Virus record (IMG/VR): IMGVR_UViG_3300031841_004047
Direction: 5' to 3' (one strand)
DNA: 64,000 nucleotides
Source: a virus
Part shown: in pieces, positions 39,402 to 48,266 of the stretch
How the letters are laid out: every line of letters starts with the position of its first letter
How positions within the stretch are numbered: position 1 is the first letter of the stretch
Made by a program: the position numbers and the translations under genes
The notes under the pieces: model-generated
What the model was told of the DNA's origin: nothing
Seen by the model: only the letters and a program-made list of their open reading frames with translations
Database searches by the model: none

Positions 39402-41135
39402 ATGGCAACTAGAGCAAGAAACTTAGCAAACTTATTGGGAGGGGGTGAAGTTACAGTTCCCGCATCTAAGTTATCTGATGAAATATCTACTATCGAACAA
39501 GTTTCAAACACTGATGATTTAACTGCAATTGGTAACACTATTGGTGATCAAAGAATTGTCGGAAATAGCCTTTACATCTGGAATGGAACAGGCTGGTTTA
39601 GAATTGCCCTAATAAATGAGACTCCCACTTGGGATTCTGGTGGTCAACCTCTGTCTTCATATGATTTAAGCTCGGATAGCCCACAAACAGCTACAATAAT
39701 TACTCTTGCTGCTACAGATCCAGATGGTCTTCCTATAAATTATTCTTATATAACCGGCGGCTCGATGGATTCTATTGCTACTATATCTCAAGATTCTTCC
39801 GTATTTACAATCACACCAAAAACAGCAGCTCAAGCTCCGGATGGTGGTACTGGAACAATCACCTTTAGGGCTTCTGATGGTGTTAACATTCTACCTCAAG
39901 TATCAAGCTTTACTTTGGCATTTCCCGCCGATTGGTCTTTAGCCACACAGCAGGCTAAATTGCAAGGTTCAACTGTAGAACAATATGCGCAATTTGGGGG
40001 AGATGCTGCTCTTTCTGATGATGGAAACACGGCTATTATCAGTGCTCCGGTTGAAGATCCTCTTGGTGTTAACTCTGGTGCCGCTTATATCTTTACTAGA
40101 TCGGGTACAACTTGGACGGAACAAGCAAAAATAACGGCAAGTGATGGTGGGGTCGATCAACAATTTGGATATTCAGTTTCTATCTCCGATGATGGAAACA
40201 CAGTTATTGTTGGAACAAACGCAGCTGCAAACTCTAACTATTACAATGGATCTGCTTATATTTTCACACGTTCTGGCTCAACTTGGTCTCAACAAGCTAA
40301 GCTGGTGGCAGGCGATCCACAGGCAGGTGTTAATTTCGGTAGAGCTATTTCTATCTCCGGTGATGGAAACACTGTTCTTGTTTGCGCACATGGGGATGAT
40401 ACAGGTGGTACTAATGCCGGCTCCGCTTATGTTTTCACACGTTCTGGCTCAACTTGGTCACAACAAGCTAAAATTCAGGCAGATGTTATTGGGTCGAATG
40501 ATCAATTCGGGTTTAGCGGCTCGCTCAATGGTGATGGAAATACGGCTATTATAGGCGCAAATTTAGAAACCACTACAGTCTCAAATCAAGGAGCTGCTTA
40601 TATTTTCACACGTTCTGGCTCAACTTGGTCTCAACAAGCAAAAATAGTGGCGAGTGACCCAGGCGCTTCTGATTATTTTGGTTGGGAAGTATCTATTTCA
40701 GAAGATGGAAACACAGTTGTTGTCGGAGCTTATAATAATGACGAAGTAGACACAAATGCTGGTGCCGCTTATATCTTTACTAGATCGGGTACAACTTGGT
40801 CTCAACAAGCAAAATTAACGGCAAGCGATGGCGCTGCCAATGATTGGCTCGGGTATACGGTTGATATTTCTAATAATGGAAACACGGCTGTTGTCGGCAG
40901 TCAACAAGAAGATAGTGTTGCGGCTGACTCTGGGGCTGTTTATATTTACTATCGTTCTGGAACAACTTGGTCGCAACAAGCTAAATTAAAAGCCAGTGAC
41001 GCTCAAACAAGTGATAAACTTACAGCCACGTCTGTAACTATATCCGGTGACGGAAAGACGATCATTGCGTGTGCTTCCCTCGAGGACACTGGAGGCATTA
41101 GTGCTGGGTCAGCATATGTGTTTATTGGAGGTTAA
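39402..41135 (+). CDS. Stalk + FG-GAP (integrin-like) 7-bladed beta-propeller appendage protein
   Basis: Stalk nearly identical to the LamG paralogues; 7 repeats of FGxxVxISxDGNTxxVGA...GAAYIFTRSGxTWSQQAK. Confidence 0.85.
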   Translation: MATRARNLANLLGGGEVTVPASKLSDEISTIEQVSNTDDLTAIGNTIGDQRIVGNSLYIWNGTGWFRIALINETPTWDSGGQPLSSYDLSSDSPQTATIITLAATDPDGLPINYSYITGGSMDSIATISQDSSVFTITPKTAAQAPDGGTGTITFRASDGVNILPQVSSFTLAFPADWSLATQQAKLQGSTVEQYAQFGGDAALSDDGNTAIISAPVEDPLGVNSGAAYIFTRSGTTWTEQAKITASDGGVDQQFGYSVSISDDGNTVIVGTNAAANSNYYNGSAYIFTRSGSTWSQQAKLVAGDPQAGVNFGRAISISGDGNTVLVCAHGDDTGGTNAGSAYVFTRSGSTWSQQAKIQADVIGSNDQFGFSGSLNGDGNTAIIGANLETTTVSNQGAAYIFTRSGSTWSQQAKIVASDPGASDYFGWEVSISEDGNTVVVGAYNNDEVDTNAGAAYIFTRSGTTWSQQAKLTASDGAANDWLGYTVDISNNGNTAVVGSQQEDSVAADSGAVYIYYRSGTTWSQQAKLKASDAQTSDKLTATSVTISGDGKTIIACASLEDTGGISAGSAYVFIGG

Positions 41136-41141
41136 TAGAGC

Positions 41142-41297
41142 ATGCCGTACAATGCAGTTTACTTAGCGAATCTACATGGTTATATTCAAGACTTCAGAGT
41201 TACTAAAGGTCTCGCAAGATACACCTCAAACTTTACACCACCAACAGCACCGCTAAAAGAATTAATTATAAAATTCTATAAAAAATACTATATGTGA
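41142..41297 (+). pseudogene. Orphan fragment of the LamG-paralogue C-terminus
   Basis: Encodes GYIQDFRVTKGLARYTSNFTPPTAPLK, the conserved family terminus, with no upstream domains. Confidence 0.75.
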
Positions 41298-41331
41298 CAA
41301 AAAAGATACAAAAAAACACCATATATTGTAG

Positions 41332-41360
41332 TTTACAAAAACCGAGCTTTAATATATAAT
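41332..41360 (+). promoter_or_regulatory. Early promoter TTTACA-17-TATAAT
   Basis: Exact spacing; upstream of the RNR gene. Confidence 0.8.
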
Positions 41361-41402
41361 ACTACAAGAAAAATAAAAATCCATATAAGAAGAGGAATTG
41401 AG

Positions 41403-43619
41403 ATGCAAACTAAGTTTGTTGACACTAGGCAGTTGTTGTCTGAAGCAAAATTTTATGACGGTTATTCAAGATTTAATGATGAAAAGAATAGGTATGAAAC
41501 ATGGGATGAGGCCGTTGATCGTGTTATGAGTATGCACGAAAACTTTTATTCATCTAAAATGAATAACCTTACCGACTACATCGAAGAAGCGAGAGATGCT
41601 TACAAGAAACAATACGTCCTTGGTGCTCAACGTGCACTTCAGTTTGGTGGAGAACAAATCTTAAAACATCAGATGAGGATGTATAACTGTACCTCTTCTT
41701 ATGCTGATAGATCTGAGTTTTTTGGAGAAATCTTTTATATTCTACTATGTGGTGCTGGTGCTGGATTCTCGGTACAGACACATCATGTGAATAAACTTCC
41801 AAAAGTACAAAAAAGAACTAAAGCCCCAAAAACTCATGTTGTGGATGATTCTATCGAGGGATGGGCTAAAGCTGTTGACGTGCTTCTTTCATCATATTTT
41901 ATCGATGGTGGTAAACATCCAGAATATCAAGGTCGTAGAATCTATTTTGATCTATCTCAGATTCGTCCAAAAGGCGCAAAGATTTCCGGTGGATTTAAAG
42001 CACCGGGTCCGGATGGATTACGTCTAGCACTCGATAAGATTGAGCACTTGCTTGAAGCCGCAGTGGTTGATATGAAAGAGCCTATTTCTCTTCGTCCTAT
42101 TCAAGTATATGACATTGTTATGCACGAAGCAGACGCAGTTCTTTCCGGAGGTGTTCGTCGTTCAGCAACCATTTGCTTGTTCTCACCAAACGATGAAGAA
42201 ATGATGAATGCTAAAACTGGTAACTGGTTCATGGATAATCCACAGCGTGGTCGTTCAAATAACTCAGCGGTGATAGTAAGAGATGAAGCGACTCCTGAGG
42301 AGTTTAACACTCTTATGGAAAAAGTAAAGCAGTTCGGCGAACCCGGTTTTGTGTTTGTAAAATCAAGAGAGCATACTACAAACCCATGTGTTGAGATTGG
42401 AATGTTCCCACAGATCGATGGACAGTCCGGCTGGCAGGGCTGTAACCTGACCGAAATCAATGGTGGCAAGTGTACATCGTCTGATGAGTTCTATAAAGCT
42501 TGCAGAGCTGCATCTATTCTTGGTACACTTCAGGCTGGTTACACCGATTTTAAATTCTTGTCAGAAACATCAAAGAAAATCTTTGACCGGGAAGCATTGA
42601 TTGGTGCTTCAATCACGGGTTGGATGAATAACCCACACGTTCTTTTCGATGAAGAAGTATTGTCAAGAGGAGCTGAAATTGTTAAGCAAGTTAATAGAGA
42701 AGTTGCTGAAGCTATTGGAATCAATCCTGCGGCCAGAACCACGTGTGTAAAACCATCAGGTAACGCATCAGTACTACTGCAAACCGGTTCAGGTATTCAT
42801 GCAGAACACGCACCAATGTATATCCGCAACGTTCAAATGAACAAGGAATCAGAAGTAACTCAAGCGATTGAAAGAACTAATCCATACATGGTGGAAGAAT
42901 CAGTATGGAGTGCTAATGGAACCGACGTCGTCGTTTCATTTCCAATTCTACCAAAAGAAGGATCAATGTACAAAGACGAGTTACTCGGGGTTAGTCACTT
43001 AGAAAAAGTAAAACTCGCGCAAGCTTCATGGGTTGAAGCTGGAACAAATCCAGAGCTATGCGCTGATGAGGGTGTAAGACATAACGTCTCAAACACAATC
43101 ATCGTAGATGATTGGGATGAGGTAGAAAAGTATGTTTTTGAAAACCGTCATTCTTTTGCAGGGATTTCTTTCTTGCCAATGACAGGTGACAAAGACTATA
43201 ACCAAGCTCCAAACACGGCTGTTATCACGGCGCAGGAAATGGTTGAAAAATATGATACAGCGGCGATATTCGCTTCTGGTCTTGTGGTAGACGCATTGAA
43301 TGCTTTCTCAAACTTATGGCAAGCATGTTCCACCGCTCAAGGTATGGGAGACGATCTAACTCTTGATAGTGCTGAAAACGCATTGAAGAGAGACTGGGTT
43401 CGTAGGTTTAATAATTTTGCAGATAATTATTTGAAAGGAGACGTTAAGCAAGCAGAACATTGTTTAAAAGACTCTTATCTTCTTCATAAGTGGAATAAAA
43501 TCAATAAGAACTTTAAACCAATCGAGTGGAAGTATGATCTCACCGAGAAGAAGTATACAGATGTTGATACGTTAGGAGCAGCCGCCTGTGCAGGCGGGGC
43601 GTGTGAAATAGACTTCTAG
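41403..43619 (+). CDS. nrdJ: Ribonucleotide reductase, probably class II monomeric B12-dependent (RTPR/NrdJm)
   Basis: YNC, GAGAGFS, RPKG..I.GG.A.GP, GGVRRSA, TNPCVEI, GCNLTEIN, KPSG, C-terminal CAGGAC; no ATP cone; no nrdB in the window. Confidence 0.75.
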   Translation: MQTKFVDTRQLLSEAKFYDGYSRFNDEKNRYETWDEAVDRVMSMHENFYSSKMNNLTDYIEEARDAYKKQYVLGAQRALQFGGEQILKHQMRMYNCTSSYADRSEFFGEIFYILLCGAGAGFSVQTHHVNKLPKVQKRTKAPKTHVVDDSIEGWAKAVDVLLSSYFIDGGKHPEYQGRRIYFDLSQIRPKGAKISGGFKAPGPDGLRLALDKIEHLLEAAVVDMKEPISLRPIQVYDIVMHEADAVLSGGVRRSATICLFSPNDEEMMNAKTGNWFMDNPQRGRSNNSAVIVRDEATPEEFNTLMEKVKQFGEPGFVFVKSREHTTNPCVEIGMFPQIDGQSGWQGCNLTEINGGKCTSSDEFYKACRAASILGTLQAGYTDFKFLSETSKKIFDREALIGASITGWMNNPHVLFDEEVLSRGAEIVKQVNREVAEAIGINPAARTTCVKPSGNASVLLQTGSGIHAEHAPMYIRNVQMNKESEVTQAIERTNPYMVEESVWSANGTDVVVSFPILPKEGSMYKDELLGVSHLEKVKLAQASWVEAGTNPELCADEGVRHNVSNTIIVDDWDEVEKYVFENRHSFAGISFLPMTGDKDYNQAPNTAVITAQEMVEKYDTAAIFASGLVVDALNAFSNLWQACSTAQGMGDDLTLDSAENALKRDWVRRFNNFADNYLKGDVKQAEHCLKDSYLLHKWNKINKNFKPIEWKYDLTEKKYTDVDTLGAAACAGGACEIDF

Positions 43620-43627
43620 GAGATACA

Positions 43628-43777
43628 ATGAGATACTATTACGTTGAGTGTGACTTATGTGAAAGTGAGTCACAGGTTTCTATAGACAACACTACTACAC
43701 CCGAACCAGAATATTGTCCTATATGTGGCACTGAAGCACGTACAGAACTAATTGATGGAGATGAGGATTCGTATTAG
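43628..43777 (+). CDS. Small zinc-ribbon protein (49 aa, CDLC...CPICG)
   Basis: Manual translation; AGGAG RBS. Confidence 0.7.
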   Translation: MRYYYVECDLCESESQVSIDNTTTPEPEYCPICGTEARTELIDGDEDSY

Positions 43778-43800
43778 TATATAAAAAAATTAAGAAATTA

Positions 43801-43808
43801 TATAAATA
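43801..43808 (+). promoter_or_regulatory. T4-type late promoter TATAAATA overlapped by a hairpin
   Basis: AAATAGTCC (43804-12) pairs with GGACTATTT (43824-32), followed by a T run. Confidence 0.7.
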
Positions 43809-43865
43809 GTCCTATACATTATGGGACTATTTTTTTATATACATTGATTTAAGAAAGGAAAAACT

Positions 43866-44072
43866 ATGTCAGTAGGAACATACAGCCAGTTTATGGATAT
43901 AAACAACCCGTTGTCTATTCCAGTACATGATTTTTTGGAAAATGCGTATGACGTTAATGGTAATCTATTAACTGTAATATATAAAAATGGAGGACCTTCC
44001 GGAAGAGTTGTATGTACTCTTACTATGACATATGACGGTAGTGGTAATCTATTAACTCTTACAAGGGCGTAG
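43866..44072 (+). CDS. Small late protein with two YDxxGNLLT repeats
   Basis: GAAAGGA RBS; downstream of the late promoter. Confidence 0.65.
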   Translation: MSVGTYSQFMDINNPLSIPVHDFLENAYDVNGNLLTVIYKNGGPSGRVVCTLTMTYDGSGNLLTLTRA

Positions 44073-44076
44073 TAAC

Positions 44077-44400
44077 ATGCCATATAAATTTAATCCACTG
44101 TCCGGTAAGTTTGATTTAACATCTACGAACATTATCACGAGTACTGTTCAAAGCTTAGACTTAACTGATGATACATTATCCATTAGCAACGGTAATAGTG
44201 TTGATCTTTCTGGATACGTTGATAGTGCTAGTATTAATACAGTTATTTCAAATACTACAATAATTCAAGAACTTCAGGACGGAAGTAACTGGACACTGCC
44301 CGGGCCCTACACAAATGAACAGAACGCGGCTAATGGCGGTGTTGCAATAGGTCAAGCATATTATGATAATGGTGGAACCGTTAGAGTTAGACTAACTTAA
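44077..44400 (+). CDS. Small structural-type hypothetical protein
   Basis: TLSISNGNSVDL and YTNEQNAANGGVAIGQAYY motifs. Confidence 0.65.
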   Translation: MPYKFNPLSGKFDLTSTNIITSTVQSLDLTDDTLSISNGNSVDLSGYVDSASINTVISNTTIIQELQDGSNWTLPGPYTNEQNAANGGVAIGQAYYDNGGTVRVRLT

Positions 44401-44421
44401 TTTACATAAAGAGTAAGTGTA

Positions 44422-44898
44422 TTGTGGTATTTTAATGATGAAGAATTCGATCCTCTCAAGTATTCATACGAAAACTTGGCGGGTTTCGTTTATATGATTA
44501 CTGATCTAACAAATAACAAGAAATATATCGGTAAGAAAAACTTTTGGGCGATTCAGAGATTAAAACCTCTAAAAGGAAAGACGAGAAAAAGAGTAGTTAA
44601 AAAAGAATCTGATTGGATGACATATCATGGTTCTAACGAAGAAGTAAAATACCTTGTTGAAACAGAAGGTAGCAAGAGATTTAAAAGAGAAATTCTCAGA
44701 CTTTGCAAAAGTAAAGGAGAAATGACTTATTTTGAGATGAAAGAACAGTTCGATCGTGAAGTATTATTTAGTGATGAGTATTATAATGAGTTCATTGGAG
44801 GAAAAATTCATTCTAAACACGTCAAAGGGATAATAACACGAGGAGAAACCCATGGCCCATCAGAACGAGTACGATGTACACATAGTCAAAGTAGTTGA
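44422..44898 (+). CDS. GIY-YIG family endonuclease
   Basis: GFVYMITDLTNNKKYIGKK, YHGS, FKREIL, E...YYN; TTG start uncertain. Confidence 0.8.
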   Translation: MWYFNDEEFDPLKYSYENLAGFVYMITDLTNNKKYIGKKNFWAIQRLKPLKGKTRKRVVKKESDWMTYHGSNEEVKYLVETEGSKRFKREILRLCKSKGEMTYFEMKEQFDREVLFSDEYYNEFIGGKIHSKHVKGIITRGETHGPSERVRCTHSQSS

Positions 44899-45334
44899 CG
44901 GTGATACAGTTGATGTAGATATTGATTTAGGATTTAAAATTCAACTTAAAGATGAAAGAGTTAGAATCATGGGTATTGATACTCCTGAATCAAGAACATC
45001 TGACCAAGTAGAAAAACTATTTGGACTTGCTGCTAAAAATAGATTATACCAGTTATTAGAAAAAGATGCTAAACTTATTACAACCGAAGATAAAGACGGC
45101 GAAGATATGAAAGGTAAGTTTGGTCGTATACTTGGAGATTTCCGTGCAGCTGATGGTCGTTTGGTTACGGAGATTATGATAGAAGAAGGACATTGTGTTC
45201 CTTACTTCGGTGGATCAAAGGAAGAAGTTCAAGCTCAGCATATGAAAAATAGACAAAGACTTATCAGCGAAGGTGTTGTATCACAGCAAGAAGTAGATGA
45301 AGCTGAAATGGAAAACAAAAAGAAAACTAGTTAA
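44852..45334 (+). CDS. Staphylococcal/thermonuclease-family nuclease
   Basis: VVDGDTVD, RVRIMGIDTPE, GKFGRILG; GAGGAG RBS. Confidence 0.85.
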   Translation: MAHQNEYDVHIVKVVDGDTVDVDIDLGFKIQLKDERVRIMGIDTPESRTSDQVEKLFGLAAKNRLYQLLEKDAKLITTEDKDGEDMKGKFGRILGDFRAADGRLVTEIMIEEGHCVPYFGGSKEEVQAQHMKNRQRLISEGVVSQQEVDEAEMENKKKTS

Positions 45335-45647
45335 GTTTAGAAAAAAGTGGCGAGATTTATGGACTGTTGACAGCATGGTCGACATATGCGTTGATAGTTT
45401 CTTAGTTGTATTTGAAGTGATATACTCTCCAGTACTTATAGTTGTTCGTTTAATTCGCCACTTCTTCCTTGAGTTTATTATAGATGGTGTAAAATATTAC
45501 ATAAAAAAATTCATATATTGGAACAGATCATTACCCCCGAAGAAACAAAAAAGAAACTTTTGGATAGGTATGTTTATTATATTTGGTTTACCTATAATAC
45601 TAATTATCCTTTTAGTTATCCTTTTAATCGGTTTACTTTTCTATTAA
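45297..45647 (+). CDS. Membrane hypothetical protein
   Basis: Hydrophobic internal and C-terminal helices. Confidence 0.55.
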   Translation: MKLKWKTKRKLVKFRKKWRDLWTVDSMVDICVDSFLVVFEVIYSPVLIVVRLIRHFFLEFIIDGVKYYIKKFIYWNRSLPPKKQKRNFWIGMFIIFGLPIILIILLVILLIGLLFY

Positions 45648-45649
45648 AA

Positions 45650-45667
45650 TATATTACTAGTAATATA
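45650..45667. promoter_or_regulatory. Perfect 18-bp palindrome TATATTACTAGTAATATA downstream of a GTTTACTTTTC box
   Basis: Self-complementary; GTTTAC at 45631-45636. Confidence 0.5.
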
Positions 45668-45690
45668 CCAGATACGGAAAGGAAAACAAT

Positions 45691-45861
45691 ATGACTCTCA
45701 ATTCTCATAATAACATTACTCCTCTTACCTCAATCCCTTCTCACATAACAATTACTAAATGTCCTCCACAAAAATATACTCCATCAAAACCACGACCTTA
45801 TCTTAACGGAAAATCTTTATCCTCGGCAACTCAAAGACATGGTTGGGCTCCTGGGTTTTAA
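45691..45861 (+). CDS. Small hypothetical protein (56 aa, MTLNSHNNITP...RHGWAPGF)
   Basis: Manual translation; GGAAAGGA RBS; G-poor. Confidence 0.55.
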   Translation: MTLNSHNNITPLTSIPSHITITKCPPQKYTPSKPRPYLNGKSLSSATQRHGWAPGF

Positions 45862-45915
45862 TAAATTAAATTATTACTAAAATAAGGATTTTATTCTTTT
45901 TACAAAGGACTCAAA

Positions 45916-46128
45916 ATGGACTATACCATAACATCTGACATCGCCTACACTACATCTAAATCTCAAATTAAACAATTCGCTATGGAACATGGGTGTAACC
46001 TTTCCTCTTTTCAAAAAAATGGTCCAGGTGGTGGAAACCACGTCGTAACATTTACATCTAAAAATTTAAATCACATCCAAGATTTATGTGATCAACTAAA
46101 TCTTCCTTATTCAAAAATTATTTCATAA
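45916..46128 (+). CDS. Small hypothetical protein
   Basis: AAAGGA RBS; G-poor codon usage. Confidence 0.65.
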   Translation: MDYTITSDIAYTTSKSQIKQFAMEHGCNLSSFQKNGPGGGNHVVTFTSKNLNHIQDLCDQLNLPYSKIIS

Positions 46129-46134
46129 TAAAGG

Positions 46135-46163
46135 TTTACTTTTCATCTTATCTGTGTTATAAT
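46135..46163 (+). promoter_or_regulatory. Early promoter TTTACT-17-TATAAT with extended TG
   Basis: Exact spacing; upstream of rnh. Confidence 0.85.
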
Positions 46164-46188
46164 GGTTTTGAAACAAAAAGGTTAGGCT

Positions 46189-47040
46189 ATGATACTTATT
46201 GACTATTCAGGAATTTCAATTGCACCCATTGCAATTGGTCACGTTGGTATAGACGAGAATTTAATTCGTCATATGATTCTTAACACGATACGTATGTATC
46301 GATCCAAATTCAAAGACAAGTATGGTGAAGTAGTCATCGTCGCTGATGCTGGTGGTAACTGGCGAAAAGAAGTTTATCCCGAGTACAAAGCTAAAAGAGC
46401 AGAAAGTAGAGAGAAATCAAGCATAGATTGGGATGAAGCTTTTAGAATCATTGGAATGGTTCGTGAAGAAATTAAAGAAAACTTTCCGTATAAAGTCATT
46501 CATCAATGGGGATGTGAAGCTGATGATACTATAGCAGAAATTGTAAAGTGGACTCAAGAGTTTGGTAATCATGAAGAAGTCATGATTGTTTCAGCGGATA
46601 AAGATTTCAAGCAGCTTCAAAAATATGATAACGTTAGACAGTTCTCTACTGTTACTAAAAAGTTTGTAGATGAGTCAAACCCTCGTCTTTATCTCGCTGA
46701 ACACATCTTAAAGGGTGATGCTGGTGACGGAGTACCTAACGTTTTATCTGATGATAAGTGTTTGCTGGAAGGCAGAAGACAAAATGTTCTTTCAAAGAAA
46801 AAGAAAGAAGCATTACTGAAAGATCCTAAAGCACTTGGTGAAGAAATCTATCGTAACTACTTACGTAATAAAAAAATGATAGATTTAACGGAAAGTTCTG
46901 CATGCCCTGAAAGTATAAGAAAAGAAATTATAAATAACTTTGAACAGCAGGATCCTTGGAAGAACAAGAGTAAGGTTTTTCCTTTCCTAATTCAAAAAAG
47001 GTGTAAGCTGTTACTTGAAAGTGTACAGGAGTTTATATAA
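46189..47040 (+). CDS. rnh: T4-type RNase H / 5'-3' exonuclease
   Basis: ILIDYS, WRKEVYPEYKAKR, EADD, VSADKDFKQL, LKGDAGDGVPN. Confidence 0.9.
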   Translation: MILIDYSGISIAPIAIGHVGIDENLIRHMILNTIRMYRSKFKDKYGEVVIVADAGGNWRKEVYPEYKAKRAESREKSSIDWDEAFRIIGMVREEIKENFPYKVIHQWGCEADDTIAEIVKWTQEFGNHEEVMIVSADKDFKQLQKYDNVRQFSTVTKKFVDESNPRLYLAEHILKGDAGDGVPNVLSDDKCLLEGRRQNVLSKKKKEALLKDPKALGEEIYRNYLRNKKMIDLTESSACPESIRKEIINNFEQQDPWKNKSKVFPFLIQKRCKLLLESVQEFI

Positions 47041-47043
47041 TTT

Positions 47044-47457
47044 ATGATACATCTATATGAAGTTATTGAAAAAGTAAAAGATTTAAAAACAAAGGAAGAA
47101 AAAATAAACTTTCTTCGAAAAAATGAAAGCTGGGCTTTAAAAGATTTATTGAAAGGATCATATGATCCATCCATCGAATGGCTCATTCCAAAGGGTAAAC
47201 CTCCCTTTGAGCATAATCTCGGTGAGAGTATTCCTACGACACTTCTCAAAGAAAACACCCAATTCAGATATTTCGTGAAGGGTGGTCCCGGTCAAAAAAT
47301 GATGAAAGCTAAAAGAGAGAAGATTTATCTTGCTCTCCTTGAAGGCATTCATCCAAAAGATGCTGAACTAGTAATTTCAATGATATCAAAGAAAAGTATA
47401 GTTGGTATACCTAAAAAAGTTGCTAAAGAGGCGTTTCCGGGTTTGATTAATGATTAA
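47044..47457 (+). CDS. Conserved T4-like hypothetical protein following rnh
   Basis: YDPSIEWLIPKGKPP...LLEGIHPKDA motif. Confidence 0.75.
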   Translation: MIHLYEVIEKVKDLKTKEEKINFLRKNESWALKDLLKGSYDPSIEWLIPKGKPPFEHNLGESIPTTLLKENTQFRYFVKGGPGQKMMKAKREKIYLALLEGIHPKDAELVISMISKKSIVGIPKKVAKEAFPGLIND

Positions 47458-47489
47458 CAATTCAACCATTAAGCATGGAGATTTCTCGT

Positions 47490-47645
47490 ATGACTCAACT
47501 CGAAAGACTTCAGAAAGATTACAACGAACTTGAAAATTTTGAACAAACATTAAGGCAGGAAGGCGCTGACGAATTGGTAAAAAAAGTATCAAGAAAACGT
47601 GAATTTTTAGAAGGCTATATAGAGGGAATGGAGAGACAGAAATAA
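47490..47645 (+). CDS. Small coiled-coil hypothetical protein (51 aa)
   Basis: Manual translation; GGAGA RBS. Confidence 0.6.
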   Translation: MTQLERLQKDYNELENFEQTLRQEGADELVKKVSRKREFLEGYIEGMERQK

Positions 47646-47653
47646 CTTTTTGG

Positions 47654-47682
47654 TTTACATCTTATGGAATCTGTGATAGAAT
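47654..47682 (+). promoter_or_regulatory. Early promoter TTTACA-17-TAGAAT with extended TG
   Basis: Exact spacing. Confidence 0.8.
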
Positions 47683-47708
47683 ACTAGTATAACAACTAGG
47701 AAACAAAA

Positions 47709-48266
47709 ATGAATCTTTTTATACTTGACGAAAATCCGATAAAAGCGGCTCAATTACAGTGTGACAAACATGTCGTAAAAATGATAATTGAGTCCGCTCA
47801 AATGTTATCAACTGCTCATCGTATGCTCGATGGTTACGTAGAAAAGCGACCATCGAAGTCTGGTAAACGCATAATTAATTATTGGGTTCATCCAAAACCA
47901 ATCATGGAGGAACGACTATACAAGGCGGTTCATCACAATCATCCCTGCACAGTATGGACAATGCAAACCGATGGTAACTATCATTGGCACTACGATCATT
48001 TCATAGCTTTACTTGACGAATATACTCATCGCTACAATAAAGAACACAGTACGGCAAAGCTAACTGAAACTTTGTTGCAACCTCCAAGAAATATTCCACA
48101 GGGAAAACTTACACCGTTTGCTCTTGCTATGAAAAATGAACCACAATGTATTCATGAAGGTGATCCAGTTCGTTCATATCAAGAGTATTACCAGACAAAG
48201 CAAGATCGTTTTAAGATGGCTTGGACGAATCGTGATATACCGGAGTGGTTCAATGTGGCAGCTTGA
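47709..48266 (+). CDS. Pyrimidine-dimer DNA glycosylase / endonuclease V-family protein
   Basis: MNLFILDENP...CDKHVVKMIIESAQMLS, HHNHPCTVW. Confidence 0.7.
   Translation: MNLFILDENPIKAAQLQCDKHVVKMIIESAQMLSTAHRMLDGYVEKRPSKSGKRIINYWVHPKPIMEERLYKAVHHNHPCTVWTMQTDGNYHWHYDHFIALLDEYTHRYNKEHSTAKLTETLLQPPRNIPQGKLTPFALAMKNEPQCIHEGDPVRSYQEYYQTKQDRFKMAWTNRDIPEWFNVAA

Noticed and set aside
33598-40990. CRISPR-like repeats
   Set aside because: All repeats seen are in-frame coding repeats (fibre, FG-GAP, propeller); there is no repeat-spacer array and no cas gene.
41142-41297. Diversity-generating retroelement (fragment as template repeat, LamG C-termini as variable repeats)
   Set aside because: No reverse transcriptase or Avd-like gene in the window. 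Differences between the copies involve all four bases rather than adenines only, and the copied segment is the conserved tail, not a variable loop.
41403-43619. Intron or intein in the RNR or other genes
   Set aside because: Continuous ORF of normal length; no intein (C/S...HN) or group I interruption was recognised.
44422-44898. GIY-YIG gene as an active mobile homing element
   Set aside because: Short (nuclease domain only, no DNA-binding tail) and with no interrupted host gene nearby; more likely a resident conserved phage nuclease.
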